The notes under the pieces: generated by a model
Databases searched by the model: none
What the model saw: the letters and a program-made list of their open reading frames with translations, nothing else
Told to the model about the DNA's origin: nothing
Source of the DNA: an uncultured Eubacteriales bacterium
GTDB taxonomy: Bacteria; Bacillota; Clostridia; Christensenellales; Borkfalkiaceae
DNA length: 64,000 bases
NCBI GenBank assembly: GCA_959603585.1
Contig: CAUGYD010000006.1
Coordinates: forward strand, 46,288 to 110,287
Reading direction: 5' to 3'
Program-made: the position numbers and the translations under genes
In this document: piece by piece, positions 10,192 to 19,718 of the stretch
How the letters are laid out: every line of letters starts with the position of its first letter
Numbering within the stretch: position 1 is the stretch's first letter

Positions 10192-10278
10192 TTTTCATTT
10201 TTACAAATCTTGTTTTCGGAGCATTTTTTCCGCTTTCGGTGTCAATTGGGGTGTCAAAAACGGTGTCATTTTTCGAGC

Positions 10279-11544
10279 CTATATGCCGCAAAAGACATTT
10301 TGTATCTTTCCGGATACACTTTCAAGGTATTCCGTCGTAGTGTCCGTATATATATTTTGCGTAACCGCCAACGATGCGTGCCCGAGCAGATATTGTTTGA
10401 GCTTCGGTTGTATGTTTCCTTCTTCCAATCTCGTCGCATAGGTATGCCGCAAAATATGGAGAGTAACATTTAATCCCGTTTCTTTCGCGATTCTTTCGGT
10501 TGCCTTACGGACTGCATCGTAAGAATACGGAAAGATAGCGTCGCCGCTCATACATTTGATTTCATCGCATATACTTCGGGGAACCGGTACGATGCGATAT
10601 CCCGCATCCGATTTCGGCGTTTGCTCGATCTTTTCTCCGTTTACGAACACTACATTTTTATTGACCGAAACAATACCTTTTTCAAAATCGAAATCGGAAC
10701 GTTTCAGCGCGAGCGCTTCTCCTATACGCAATCCCGTACTGAGTAAAAATCGATACAATAAAGAGTGTTTCGTTTGGGAGGCTGCCCTCAAAAAGATTTC
10801 TTGTTCTGCTCTCGTGAGTGCTTTTTTATGCGAAGCCTTATGCCTTTTGATTTCCACGGCATCGCAGGGGTTATTTTTGATTATCCCTTGTATTACCGCC
10901 TTTTTGAATAATTGAGACAAATTGATCTTGCACAGGTCTCTTATTCGTCCCGCCTTTATTCCGACCAACAACTTTTGAATATCGTTTGAGGTTATCTCGT
11001 CCAGCGCCTTATCTTGAAATGCTTTTTCCGCGTATTTTAACGACCTCTCCATCGATTGTAACGATGAGGGTTTTAGATTGGGCTTTTTATAGATCTCGAT
11101 CCATTCGGACATATAGGCAAGGAACATAGGGCTCGATTTTTTGCGCGGTTTTACCTTTTGAGGGGTGCGCTGTCTTCTGCTTCGGCTGTTTCTCAAAAAC
11201 TCTCTGATTTTGTTTGTAACATCTTCGTAATTCCTCCCGTAAAAGTATTTGCGTTGTCCGTCATCCTGAATGATATACCCTTGGAACCTTCCGTCCCGTC
11301 TCGGTTTACTTGTGATGGATACGCCTTTCGCTTCTATTAACATTTGACTCTCCTTTTCAGTAGTCAAAGCATTGCCGTTTTTATCTTCAATATTTTTAGC
11401 TTCCATTAATGACCTCAATATATCTTTCGTAAAACTTTCTGCCGCCAAACGCAGCACTGTGGCCGTGGCATCGTCTTTACTTTTACCGTTAACAGAAGCT
11501 GTATTTATAATTTTAAGTACATTTACTAGTTCGTCATGATTCAT
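10279..11544 (-). CDS. Tyrosine-type site-specific integrase (phage integrase family with arm-binding N-domain)
   Basis: The C-terminal catalytic region carries R...HxLRHTYATRL...Y (LHILRHTYATRLEEGN, NIYTDTT). Its 3' end lies 139 bp from the tRNA-Thr. Confidence 0.9.
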   Translation of the reverse strand: MNHDELVNVLKIINTASVNGKSKDDATATVLRLAAESFTKDILRSLMEAKNIEDKNGNALTTEKESQMLIEAKGVSITSKPRRDGRFQGYIIQDDGQRKYFYGRNYEDVTNKIREFLRNSRSRRQRTPQKVKPRKKSSPMFLAYMSEWIEIYKKPNLKPSSLQSMERSLKYAEKAFQDKALDEITSNDIQKLLVGIKAGRIRDLCKINLSQLFKKAVIQGIIKNNPCDAVEIKRHKASHKKALTRAEQEIFLRAASQTKHSLLYRFLLSTGLRIGEALALKRSDFDFEKGIVSVNKNVVFVNGEKIEQTPKSDAGYRIVPVPRSICDEIKCMSGDAIFPYSYDAVRKATERIAKETGLNVTLHILRHTYATRLEEGNIQPKLKQYLLGHASLAVTQNIYTDTTTEYLESVSGKIQNVFCGI

Positions 11545-11609
11545 TTTTGATAATTCTTGTCCTCCTTATAGTGAAAGCGCAAGGGGACATAATCCTTGCG
11601 CTTTTCGTT

Positions 11610-11846
11610 TTATTTTTTATTTTTTTGTTTTTTCGGGTCGTATTCCGACTTCAAAGCGCTATATCCTGCTTCGATCAATTTTACTTTCGTGAGGCCGTGC
11701 TCCGTTAAGAAAGCGTTTATTTCTTCATACAGTGCCCTCGGAATCATCGTTCCGAAATTTCCGCTCGTTGCTTTTCTCTTTTCTTTATTCCGTTCCTCGT
11801 ACCGTCTGCGGCTTTCCCGCCCGGGTGTGTTTTCTTTTCTCTCCAT
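11610..11846 (-). CDS. Small basic ribbon-helix-helix-like protein (putative excisionase/regulator of the integrase module)
   Basis: This 78-aa ORF has a basic N-terminal tail, then a beta-strand plus two helices (FGTMIPRALYEEINAFLTEHGLTKVKLIEAGYSAL) compatible with an RHH fold. It is adjacent to the integrase. Confidence 0.35.
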   Translation of the reverse strand: MERKENTPGRESRRRYEERNKEKRKATSGNFGTMIPRALYEEINAFLTEHGLTKVKLIEAGYSALKSEYDPKKQKNKK

Positions 11847-12044
11847 AATTACTCCGAAAATAATATTGTCGTATTAATACTATTATAGCACCTTGTAGCT
11901 ATCAAGTCAAGCATTTTTAGCAAAATTTTTTTCCGTCAGCCTTTTTCAAAGCTCCAACAGCTACTTATTTTTTCCTGTTCTTTACTTTTCTCGCGTTCCC
12001 TCTCTTCCTGCATCTCGTCCTCGATTTCTTTCAGTCGATTGGTG

Positions 12045-12094
12045 TACAGTCATATACAAGTGTCGTCAATAAAATGGTTTGGAGAAAGTTCTGA
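12045..12094 (+). repeat. Direct repeat copy 1 (50 bp, identical to the last 50 bp of the fnlC-like gene at 30054-30103)
   Basis: The sequence tacagtcatatacaagtgtcgtcaataaaatggtttggagaaagttctga is found exactly at 12045-12094 and at 30054-30103. Flanks differ on both sides. Confidence 0.9.
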
Positions 12095-12106
12095 AATAAT
12101 AAAGAA

Positions 12107-12150
12107 GAGCGTACTTAACTTCTTACGTCAAGTACGCTCTCTTATTTTAT
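12107..12150. terminator. Bidirectional intrinsic terminator
   Basis: A 10-bp perfect stem gagcgtactt / aagtacgctc (12107-12116 and 12130-12139) has T-rich runs on both sides. It lies immediately 3' of the minus-strand epimerase gene. Confidence 0.6.
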
Positions 12151-13232
12151 ACTTTATAAAATTCTTTGTACCACTCGGCAAATTTTCTTAAGCCCTTCCG
12201 CAAATTCGTTCTTGGCTTAAAACAAAAATCACGTTCTAAAGACGAAGTTTCTGCATAAGTGATAGGTACGTCGCCAGGTTGCATTGGTACAAGCTTTTTA
12301 TGCGATTCAAAATCGTAATCAGCAGGTAGAACTTTCGCATGAATAAGTTCTTGTTGTAAAATATCCACAAAATCCAACAAATTTTCGGGTTTATTATTCC
12401 CAATATTATAAATCGCATACGGAGGAACAGGTAAACCGTCTTCTCCATTTTTCTTTTCTGGAGCGCCTTGCATGACACGTTTAACACCTTCTACAATGTC
12501 GTCTATATAGGTAAAGTCGCGCTTGCAATTTCCGTAATTGAAAATTTGAATAGTTTCACCTTTCAATAACTTATTGGTAAAGTTGAAATATGCCATATCT
12601 GGACGCCCTGCGGGACCGTAGACGGTAAAGAAGCGTAAACCCGTGGAAGGAATATTATATAATTTACTGTATGCATGAGCCATTAATTCATTTGACTTTT
12701 TTGTGGCAGCATATAAAGAAATGGGATTATCGACTTTGTCATCGGTAGAATAAGGAACTTTTTTATTTGAACCGTAGACCGACGATGAAGATGCGTAAAC
12801 GAGATGTTTAATCCCAGAGGCTCCATTGACGTAAGAATAACGGCAAGCTTCTAAAATGTTATAAAAGCCAATTAAATTCGATTCAATGTACGCATCTGGA
12901 TTGCTTATAGAATAACGAACTCCCGCTTGTGCTGCAAGATTGACGACTATCTCAGGTTTGTACGTCTCAAAAATTTGTGTGATCAAGGTTTTATTTGCGA
13001 TATTTCCTTGGACAAAAATCCAAGAAGAATCCTTATGTTCAGAAGCAATTTTCTTAATCTCGTGTAATCTCCATTTTTTTAGGCAAACATCGTAATAATC
13101 GCTCATATTATCAATTCCTACGATATGAATAGAAGATTGCGAACGGAGAAGTTCTAATATAAGATTGGCACCGATAAAACCCGCTGCACCAGTGATAAAG
13201 ATAGTTCTATTTTGCAAAGTAATAGTTGTCAT
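12147..13232 (-). CDS. NAD-dependent epimerase, UDP-glucuronate 4-epimerase type (CapI/Cap1J-like)
   Basis: The Rossmann motif GAAGFIGANL is present, together with YASSSSVYG and the characteristic segment YGPAGRPDMAYFNFTNKLLKGETIQIFN. It is paired with ugd. Confidence 0.75.
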   Translation of the reverse strand: MTTITLQNRTIFITGAAGFIGANLILELLRSQSSIHIVGIDNMSDYYDVCLKKWRLHEIKKIASEHKDSSWIFVQGNIANKTLITQIFETYKPEIVVNLAAQAGVRYSISNPDAYIESNLIGFYNILEACRYSYVNGASGIKHLVYASSSSVYGSNKKVPYSTDDKVDNPISLYAATKKSNELMAHAYSKLYNIPSTGLRFFTVYGPAGRPDMAYFNFTNKLLKGETIQIFNYGNCKRDFTYIDDIVEGVKRVMQGAPEKKNGEDGLPVPPYAIYNIGNNKPENLLDFVDILQQELIHAKVLPADYDFESHKKLVPMQPGDVPITYAETSSLERDFCFKPRTNLRKGLRKFAEWYKEFYKV

Positions 13233-13241
13233 ATTTTTCCC

Positions 13242-14720
13242 TCAATCTCTTTGGAACAAGTCTCTTGTATAGACTTTTTCTTTAACATCGTCAAGGCAAG
13301 AATCAAAACGATTAGCAATAATACAGCGACTCATTTTCTTAAATTTTTTGAGATCGTTGACGATAAGGCTCCCAAAAAACGTAGTTCCGTTTTCCAAAGT
13401 CGGCTCGTAAATAATCACCGTAGCCCCTTTCGCTTTAATTCGTTTCATGACTCCTTGGATAGAGGATTGACGAAAGTTATCGGAATTACTCTTCATGGTC
13501 AGTCGGTAAACGCCGACAATGACCTCCTTTTCTTTATTTTCGTCAAAGATGCTATTCGCTTCATAAGCACCTGTAAGTTCTAGAATCCGATCAGCAATAA
13601 AATCCTTTCTCGTGTGATTACTTTCCACAATCGCTGTTATCATGTTCTGCGGTACGTCGTTGTAGTTGGCAAGAAGTTGTTTAGTATCCTTGGGTAAACA
13701 GTAACCGCCATAACCAAACGAGGGATTATTATAATGTGTCCCGATGCGTGGATCAAGGCATACGCCTGTAATGATATCTTGTGTATTTAATCCCTTAACC
13801 TCTGCATATGTATCTAGTTCATTAAAATAGGAAACTCGAAGCGCTAAATATGTATTGGCAAAAAGTTTAACAGCTTCGGCTTCAGTAAATCCCATCAATA
13901 ATATCTCTACATTCTTTTTGATAGAACCTTCTTGTAAAAGTTCAGCAAAAGTTTGAGCTGATTTTAATAGTTTTTCGTCTGATTTATCCGTGCCTACAAT
14001 AATACGTGAAGGATAAAGATTGTCATAAAGAGCCTTGCTTTCACGTAAAAATTCAGGACTGAAAATTATATTTTTCGTATTATATTTAGCTCGGATAGCT
14101 ACCGTATATCCGACAGGAATAGTCGATTTTATAACTATGATTGCGTTCGGATTAACTTTAAGAACAAGTTTAATTACTTCTTCTACTGCAGAAGTGTCAA
14201 AATAATTCTTCTTGCTATCATAATTAGTTGGCGTAGCGATAATTACGAAATCGGCATTTTTATAGGCATTTTCACCATCAAGTGTGGCTACAAGATTAAG
14301 GTTTTTATGAGAAAGATATTCTTCAATATAGTCATCTTGGATGGGGGATTTTTTTTGATTGATAAGTTCTACTTTTTTTGGAACAACATCAACTGCTGTG
14401 ACTTGATTATGTTGAGCAAGTAATATAGCTAGCGATAAACCGACATAACCTGTTCCTGCAACAGCAATGTTTACTGACGAATGAAAAGCTGTAAAGGGCA
14501 TGATAGACTCATCTCCAAACATAGCACTTGGCTCAAATCCAAGAACATCACCGAGTTTTTCAAGTTGTGGGATTAGAGGAATATAATTCCCTTGTTCTAA
14601 GCGACTAATAATTGCTCTATTGATGCCTGTAAGGATAGAAAGCTGTTGTTGAGATAAATGCTTTTCCTTTCTTAGGGAAATAACTTTTTGTGCTAGCATT
14701 TTTACATTTAGTTTTTTCAT
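13242..14720 (-). CDS. ugd: UDP-glucose 6-dehydrogenase with an in-frame N-terminal XRE-family HTH domain
   Basis: Residues about 85-492 align throughout with E. coli Ugd ([66 protein letters not shown]). Residues 1-66 form a complete HTH_XRE domain ([39 protein letters not shown]). No stop codon separates the two parts. Confidence 0.85.
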   Translation of the reverse strand: MKKLNVKMLAQKVISLRKEKHLSQQQLSILTGINRAIISRLEQGNYIPLIPQLEKLGDVLGFEPSAMFGDESIMPFTAFHSSVNIAVAGTGYVGLSLAILLAQHNQVTAVDVVPKKVELINQKKSPIQDDYIEEYLSHKNLNLVATLDGENAYKNADFVIIATPTNYDSKKNYFDTSAVEEVIKLVLKVNPNAIIVIKSTIPVGYTVAIRAKYNTKNIIFSPEFLRESKALYDNLYPSRIIVGTDKSDEKLLKSAQTFAELLQEGSIKKNVEILLMGFTEAEAVKLFANTYLALRVSYFNELDTYAEVKGLNTQDIITGVCLDPRIGTHYNNPSFGYGGYCLPKDTKQLLANYNDVPQNMITAIVESNHTRKDFIADRILELTGAYEANSIFDENKEKEVIVGVYRLTMKSNSDNFRQSSIQGVMKRIKAKGATVIIYEPTLENGTTFFGSLIVNDLKKFKKMSRCIIANRFDSCLDDVKEKVYTRDLFQRD

Positions 14721-15307
14721 AACGCCTCTCTCTCTTTAAAAGATTGATACTTTAAGAAACAAATTGTGACGATTTGAAAGGTTTAATTTATAATATTATA
14801 ATATTTGTAATTATAAAAGTCAAGTGAAAAGAGGCTATTATATAAAAATATAGTGATAAAAAGCATCTCTATATGGTCAAGCATTTTTTTTGAGCAACGA
14901 CATCTGAATTTAGAAAAAGGGGATCCCAAAGTCGTATATAAATTTTTGTCGAATATTGAAATAAATACGTTAAATTGTTGCCTTATTTATAAGTTTATGC
15001 TATAATATACAAAATAGAAAAATATCTATCGTTGCGGCAGGGCATTAATATATTCGACTATCGTTTTTTGTATCCAAAAGAATTATTTGGTGAAAAAAAT
15101 TTTTAAGAAAATGATGCGTGAGACGAGACGATAACAAATTTTTAAGTTTAAAATATAAGATTGTGAATTTGTTTTGTCAATATAATAATGTTTTTATTGT
15201 AATATACAAGGTAACTTTTGAAACAATAAGATTCCGTATATGAAGTTTAGTTTGAGCATATGTCTATAAGGAATAATTTAGAATTAAGTTGGAATTTTTT
15301 AAGATAA

Positions 15308-16582
15308 ATGATTGATAAATCAAAGAGGTGCAATATCGTGTCAGAACGAAAAAGAAGGGTTTTATTTAGTCCTCCAGATATTTCAGAAGAGGAAATTAAA
15401 GAAGTTAGTGAGACGCTTCGTTCAGGGTGGATCACTACAGGTCCTAGAACAAAAAAACTTGAAAAAGAAATTGCCGCGTGGATAGGTGTCGGGCATACAG
15501 CCAAAGGTACGCCGCGATGTGTTTGTTTAAATAGTCAAACAGCTTGTGCGGAAATGGCTTTACGCATTATGGGGATCGGTCAGGGGGACGAAGTAATCGT
15601 TCCAGCTTATACTTATACCGCATCTGCTTCCGTTGTTTGTCACGTCGGGGCAAAATTGATTCTTGTCGACTCTCAGAAAAATTCTCTTGAAATGGACTAT
15701 GATAAAGTTGAAGCAGCGATTAATGAGAGAACTAAGGCAATTATACCTGTCGATATAGGAGGGATTCCTTGCGACTACGATAAAATTCTTAAAATTATAG
15801 AAAGAAAGAAAAAAATTTTTAAGCCCGTAAACAATATTCAAAAGGCACTTGGAAGAATCGCGATTATGGCGGATACCGCTCACGCGTTCGGTGCAAGACG
15901 TAAAGGCGTAATGGTTGGTAACATTGCCGATTTTTCATCGTTTAGTTTTCATGCTGTTAAAAATTTTACTACGGCAGAAGGTGGGGCTTTGACATGGAAA
16001 CATATTCAGGGAATTGAGGATGACGAAATATATCATCGACTTCAGCTTTTGAGTCTACATGGTCAATCAAAGGATGCTCTTGCTAAAACAAAATTAGGGG
16101 CGTGGGAATATGACATAATAGGTACTTGGTATAAGTGCAATATGACCGATATTGTTGCGGCAATCGGTTTGAAACAATTTGAGCGTTATCCTGGAATGTT
16201 GAAGAGGAGAAGATATATTATTGCAAAATATGATGCGGCTTTAAAACCGATCGGCGTTAACGTTTTACCACATTATACGAACGAATATGAATCTTCTGGA
16301 CATTTATATATTACAGAAATTCCAAAAATTACACACGAACAGCGTAATGAAATTATTATAAAAATGGCAGAACAGGGTATTGCTTGTAATGTTCATTATA
16401 AGCCCTTGCCTATGCATACGGCTTATAAAAATCTAGGATTTGATATTAAAGATTATCCCAATGCTTATAAGCACTATGAAAATGAAATAACACTACCACT
16501 CCATACGTGCCTGTCTGATGAAGATGTGGCGTATGTGATTAAAAAATATATGGAAATCGTAAAAGAATATGTTGATATGTAA
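15308..16582 (+). CDS. DegT/DnrJ/EryC1/StrS-family PLP-dependent sugar aminotransferase
   Basis: The overall pattern is that of the AHBA_syn/DegT fold family. It lies within the glycan locus, upstream of the initiating transferase. Confidence 0.8.
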   Translation: MIDKSKRCNIVSERKRRVLFSPPDISEEEIKEVSETLRSGWITTGPRTKKLEKEIAAWIGVGHTAKGTPRCVCLNSQTACAEMALRIMGIGQGDEVIVPAYTYTASASVVCHVGAKLILVDSQKNSLEMDYDKVEAAINERTKAIIPVDIGGIPCDYDKILKIIERKKKIFKPVNNIQKALGRIAIMADTAHAFGARRKGVMVGNIADFSSFSFHAVKNFTTAEGGALTWKHIQGIEDDEIYHRLQLLSLHGQSKDALAKTKLGAWEYDIIGTWYKCNMTDIVAAIGLKQFERYPGMLKRRRYIIAKYDAALKPIGVNVLPHYTNEYESSGHLYITEIPKITHEQRNEIIIKMAEQGIACNVHYKPLPMHTAYKNLGFDIKDYPNAYKHYENEITLPLHTCLSDEDVAYVIKKYMEIVKEYVDM

Positions 16583-17333
16583 ATGGAAAAAGCTTCCTGA
16601 AAATATGCAAACGGAAGAAATTCGTCCGTACTGGGAGAAACTTAAAAAAAGGAATTGGAATCTATTTTGGAAGAGAATTTTTGATATTATTGTTTCTCTT
16701 CTTATGCTTATTGTTTTGTCTCCGTTGTTTTTCTGTTTAGCACTAGCAATAAAAATTGATAGCAAAGGACCGATTTTTTACAGACAAGTAAGAATTACGC
16801 AATATGGAAAAGAATTTGAAATCCATAAATTTAGAAGCATGATGGTTAATGCAGACAAAGGTAGTTTGGTAACTGTTAAAGATGACATGAGGGTGACTAA
16901 GGTTGGAAAGTTTATCAGAAAATATAGACTTGACGAAATTTCACAACTCATCGATGTTTTTCAGGGGAATATGTCTTTGGTGGGAACCCGTCCCGAAGTG
17001 CCTAAATATGTTGAATCGTATAGTCCTGTGATGAGGGCTTCTCTTCTGCTTCCTGCTGGAATAACCTCCGAAGCGAGCATCCTATATAAAAATGAAGCAG
17101 AACTTCTTGATAAATCAGAAGAGGTAGATAAAGTTTATATTGAAGAGGTTCTTCCTGCTAAGATGTATTATAATCTGAAAGAAATCCCGAAAGAAGGAAT
17201 ATTTCATGATATTAAAATAATGTTTATGACTGTCTTTACTGTCTTTGGAAAAGAATACAAAGGGGATTACAAGAAAGAGGTAATTCAAAATTTTGAAAAA
17301 CAAGAAATAGGAAAGGAGTTTGTTGGTAAATGA
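16569..17333 (+). CDS. Undecaprenyl-phosphate sugar-1-phosphate transferase, small PglC/WbaP-C-terminal type (initiating glycosyltransferase)
   Basis: A single N-terminal reentrant helix is followed by the Bac_transf motifs (KGPIFYRQVRITQYGKEFEIHKFRSM, DEISQLIDVFQGNMSLVGTRPE). Confidence 0.85.
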   Translation: MLICKWKKLPENMQTEEIRPYWEKLKKRNWNLFWKRIFDIIVSLLMLIVLSPLFFCLALAIKIDSKGPIFYRQVRITQYGKEFEIHKFRSMMVNADKGSLVTVKDDMRVTKVGKFIRKYRLDEISQLIDVFQGNMSLVGTRPEVPKYVESYSPVMRASLLLPAGITSEASILYKNEAELLDKSEEVDKVYIEEVLPAKMYYNLKEIPKEGIFHDIKIMFMTVFTVFGKEYKGDYKKEVIQNFEKQEIGKEFVGK

Positions 17334-18331
17334 TGACAGTATCTTTGTGTGTTGTTGCATATAATGAAGAACAATTTCTTCCTAATCTTTTATCAGATAT
17401 TGAGAATCAAACTTATTTACATAATTTGACTGAAATTATTTTAGTCGATAGCAATTCTTCAGATAAAACTAAGGATATAATGAAAGAATTTTCTCAAAAG
17501 GCATCTTCTTTTTATAGTATTCAAGTGTTAGATAATCCTCAAAAAGTACAGGCTGCAGGTTGGAATGTTGCCATTAAACATGCTAAAAGTGATGTGATTA
17601 TTAGAATTGACGCTCATACGCACATTCCTGCTGATTTTACGGCAAAGAATATGAAATTACAAGAAAATGGTGAATATATAACTGGTGGTATTAGACCTTG
17701 CTTAATTGATAAGCCTACACCTTGGAAAGAGATGTTGCTTGAAGTAGAAAACTCAATGTTTGGAAGTAGTATAAGTAAAGGGCGCAAAAATGATAAAAAG
17801 TGTTATGTAGATTCTATGTTTCATGCAGCATACAGAAAAGAAGTCTTTGAAAAAGCAGGTGTTTTTAACCCGAAACTTTTGAGAACCGAAGATAATGAAA
17901 TGCACTATCGTATTCGAAAGGCAGGCTATAAATTATATTGTGATCCTGATATTGTTTCTTATCAATATGCACGTAGTAATTTAAAAAAGATGATAAAACA
18001 AAAATATGAAAATGGGTATTGGGTAGGGGTGACGCTCGGGGTTTGTCCTAGGTGTATATCGTTGTTTCATCTCATACCGTTAATCTTTGTCTTAGGTATT
18101 TTTTTTACAACAATATTAACACTTTTTTCAATTTGGCATTTAGCGGCATTAATGTGGGGGGCATATTTATTATTTGTAGGTGCGGGAATGATTTGTACAA
18201 TCTTGAATAAACGAGCTAATAGATGGACATTTCTTATGCCGATTGTTTTTCTTGTATTACATGTAAGTTATGGGATTGGAACTGCGGTTGGAATTTTTAA
18301 AATTCCAATTTTTAAGAAAAAATTGAATTAG
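17330..18331 (+). CDS. Family 2 glycosyltransferase with C-terminal membrane anchor
   Basis: The GT-A N-terminus (VSLCVVAYNEE, ILVDSNSSD, DAH) is followed by two C-terminal TM helices. Confidence 0.75.
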   Translation: MMTVSLCVVAYNEEQFLPNLLSDIENQTYLHNLTEIILVDSNSSDKTKDIMKEFSQKASSFYSIQVLDNPQKVQAAGWNVAIKHAKSDVIIRIDAHTHIPADFTAKNMKLQENGEYITGGIRPCLIDKPTPWKEMLLEVENSMFGSSISKGRKNDKKCYVDSMFHAAYRKEVFEKAGVFNPKLLRTEDNEMHYRIRKAGYKLYCDPDIVSYQYARSNLKKMIKQKYENGYWVGVTLGVCPRCISLFHLIPLIFVLGIFFTTILTLFSIWHLAALMWGAYLLFVGAGMICTILNKRANRWTFLMPIVFLVLHVSYGIGTAVGIFKIPIFKKKLN

Positions 18332-18343
18332 GAGAAAACAACT

Positions 18344-19420
18344 GTGGTAGGTATTATTTTTATTGGTGATTTATATGTTTGTCCATATTTACATAGATAT
18401 ACAACTATATGTGACATAAATCAAGTTGAATATGAAGTATTATTTTGGAATAGATGTGGGGAAAAATTGAATCTTCCTAAAAATTATTTGTATTTTGAAA
18501 AAACCTCAAAAGAAGAACAAAACTTTATAATTAAAAGTATAGATTTTTTTAAATATAGGAATTGGTTAAAAAGGTGCATAAAGCAAAGAAAATATGAAAA
18601 ACTGATAATACTATCTACATTAAGCGGTATAGTTCTCTTTGATTTAATATCAAAATATAAAAATAGATATATTTTTGATATCCGTGACTATAGTTATGAA
18701 CACTTAAAACTTTTTTACAAGATAGAACGAAAAATAATTAGAAATAGTTATTATACTGCTATTTCATCTCCAGGCTTTAAAAATTTTTTACCACAGAATG
18801 ACTATTTCATAATTCATAATATGCAAAGTTCCGACTTGGATCATTTGGGTCGATTTCATAAGAAACATTATGGTGAAGTTTTGAATATTGTCTGGAATGG
18901 GACCATGCGGTATTTCGAACACCAAAGAAAGATTATCAAAAAATTGGCAAACGATTCAAGATTTATAATGTATTATTATGGAGATGGACCACAACTTAAT
19001 AAATATAAACAATATATTGAAGAACATAATATAAAAAATGTGTTTTTTACAGGGAAATATAATAATTCCGAAAAATCAAAATTATTAAAAAATGCTGATA
19101 TATTGAATAACAGTTATTGGATAGAGGGTAAAGAAAAGGAAGTATTGTATGCATTATCTAATCGATATTATGATGGCCTAATATATCGTATTCCGCAACT
19201 CGTTGAGGCGAAAACGTATAAGGCTTCACTTTGCGAAATAAACGAAATTGGTATTGGTATTGCCCCCAATATAGAAAATTTTTCTGATAAACTTTACGAA
19301 TGGTATTTTAATATTAATCAGTCGAGATTTGAAGAAAACTGTCAAAAACTTTTGACGAAGGCTATTAAAGAAGACCGAGAAATGAGTGAGAAACTGACAG
19401 ATTTTTTAACCAAGGAGTAG
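18344..19420 (+). CDS. Putative GT-B fold glycosyltransferase (GT4-like C-terminal half)
   Basis: The C-terminal segment IVWNGTMRYFEHQRKII...IMYYYGDGPQLNKYKQYIEEHNIKNVFFTGKY follows the GT4 pattern. The canonical EX7E motif is weak. Confidence 0.4.
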   Translation: MVGIIFIGDLYVCPYLHRYTTICDINQVEYEVLFWNRCGEKLNLPKNYLYFEKTSKEEQNFIIKSIDFFKYRNWLKRCIKQRKYEKLIILSTLSGIVLFDLISKYKNRYIFDIRDYSYEHLKLFYKIERKIIRNSYYTAISSPGFKNFLPQNDYFIIHNMQSSDLDHLGRFHKKHYGEVLNIVWNGTMRYFEHQRKIIKKLANDSRFIMYYYGDGPQLNKYKQYIEEHNIKNVFFTGKYNNSEKSKLLKNADILNNSYWIEGKEKEVLYALSNRYYDGLIYRIPQLVEAKTYKASLCEINEIGIGIAPNIENFSDKLYEWYFNINQSRFEENCQKLLTKAIKEDREMSEKLTDFLTKE

Positions 19421-19718
19421 GTTTATGACTGTGAATAAAAATAAATTTATTAAAAAATGCTAGATATACATTATTCAGCGTTATAGTCTAAAACGTATAG
19501 AAAATGAGAAAACAGGCAGTTTTACACTTTAACTACTTTTAAAGCGTTACAATTTTTGTTTTTTGAATAAATGAAAGTGAACCGTTTAACAATACCTTGC
19601 TTTGGGTTTTGTAAAATTGGTAAAAATATGAAAATTAGAGCGAAGATAATAGTTGTTGTTAGGGGTGTTCCTAATTTTACTACGGTAAGGGCTATAGGAT
19701 AATATTAAGAGGACATAT

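Noticed and set aside
11878-12044. I searched for an attR-like second copy of the tRNA-Thr 3' end. The 7-mer AGCTCCA occurs near 11950.
   Set aside because: The match is too short to distinguish from chance, and no extended identity to the tRNA 3' arm exists anywhere in the window.
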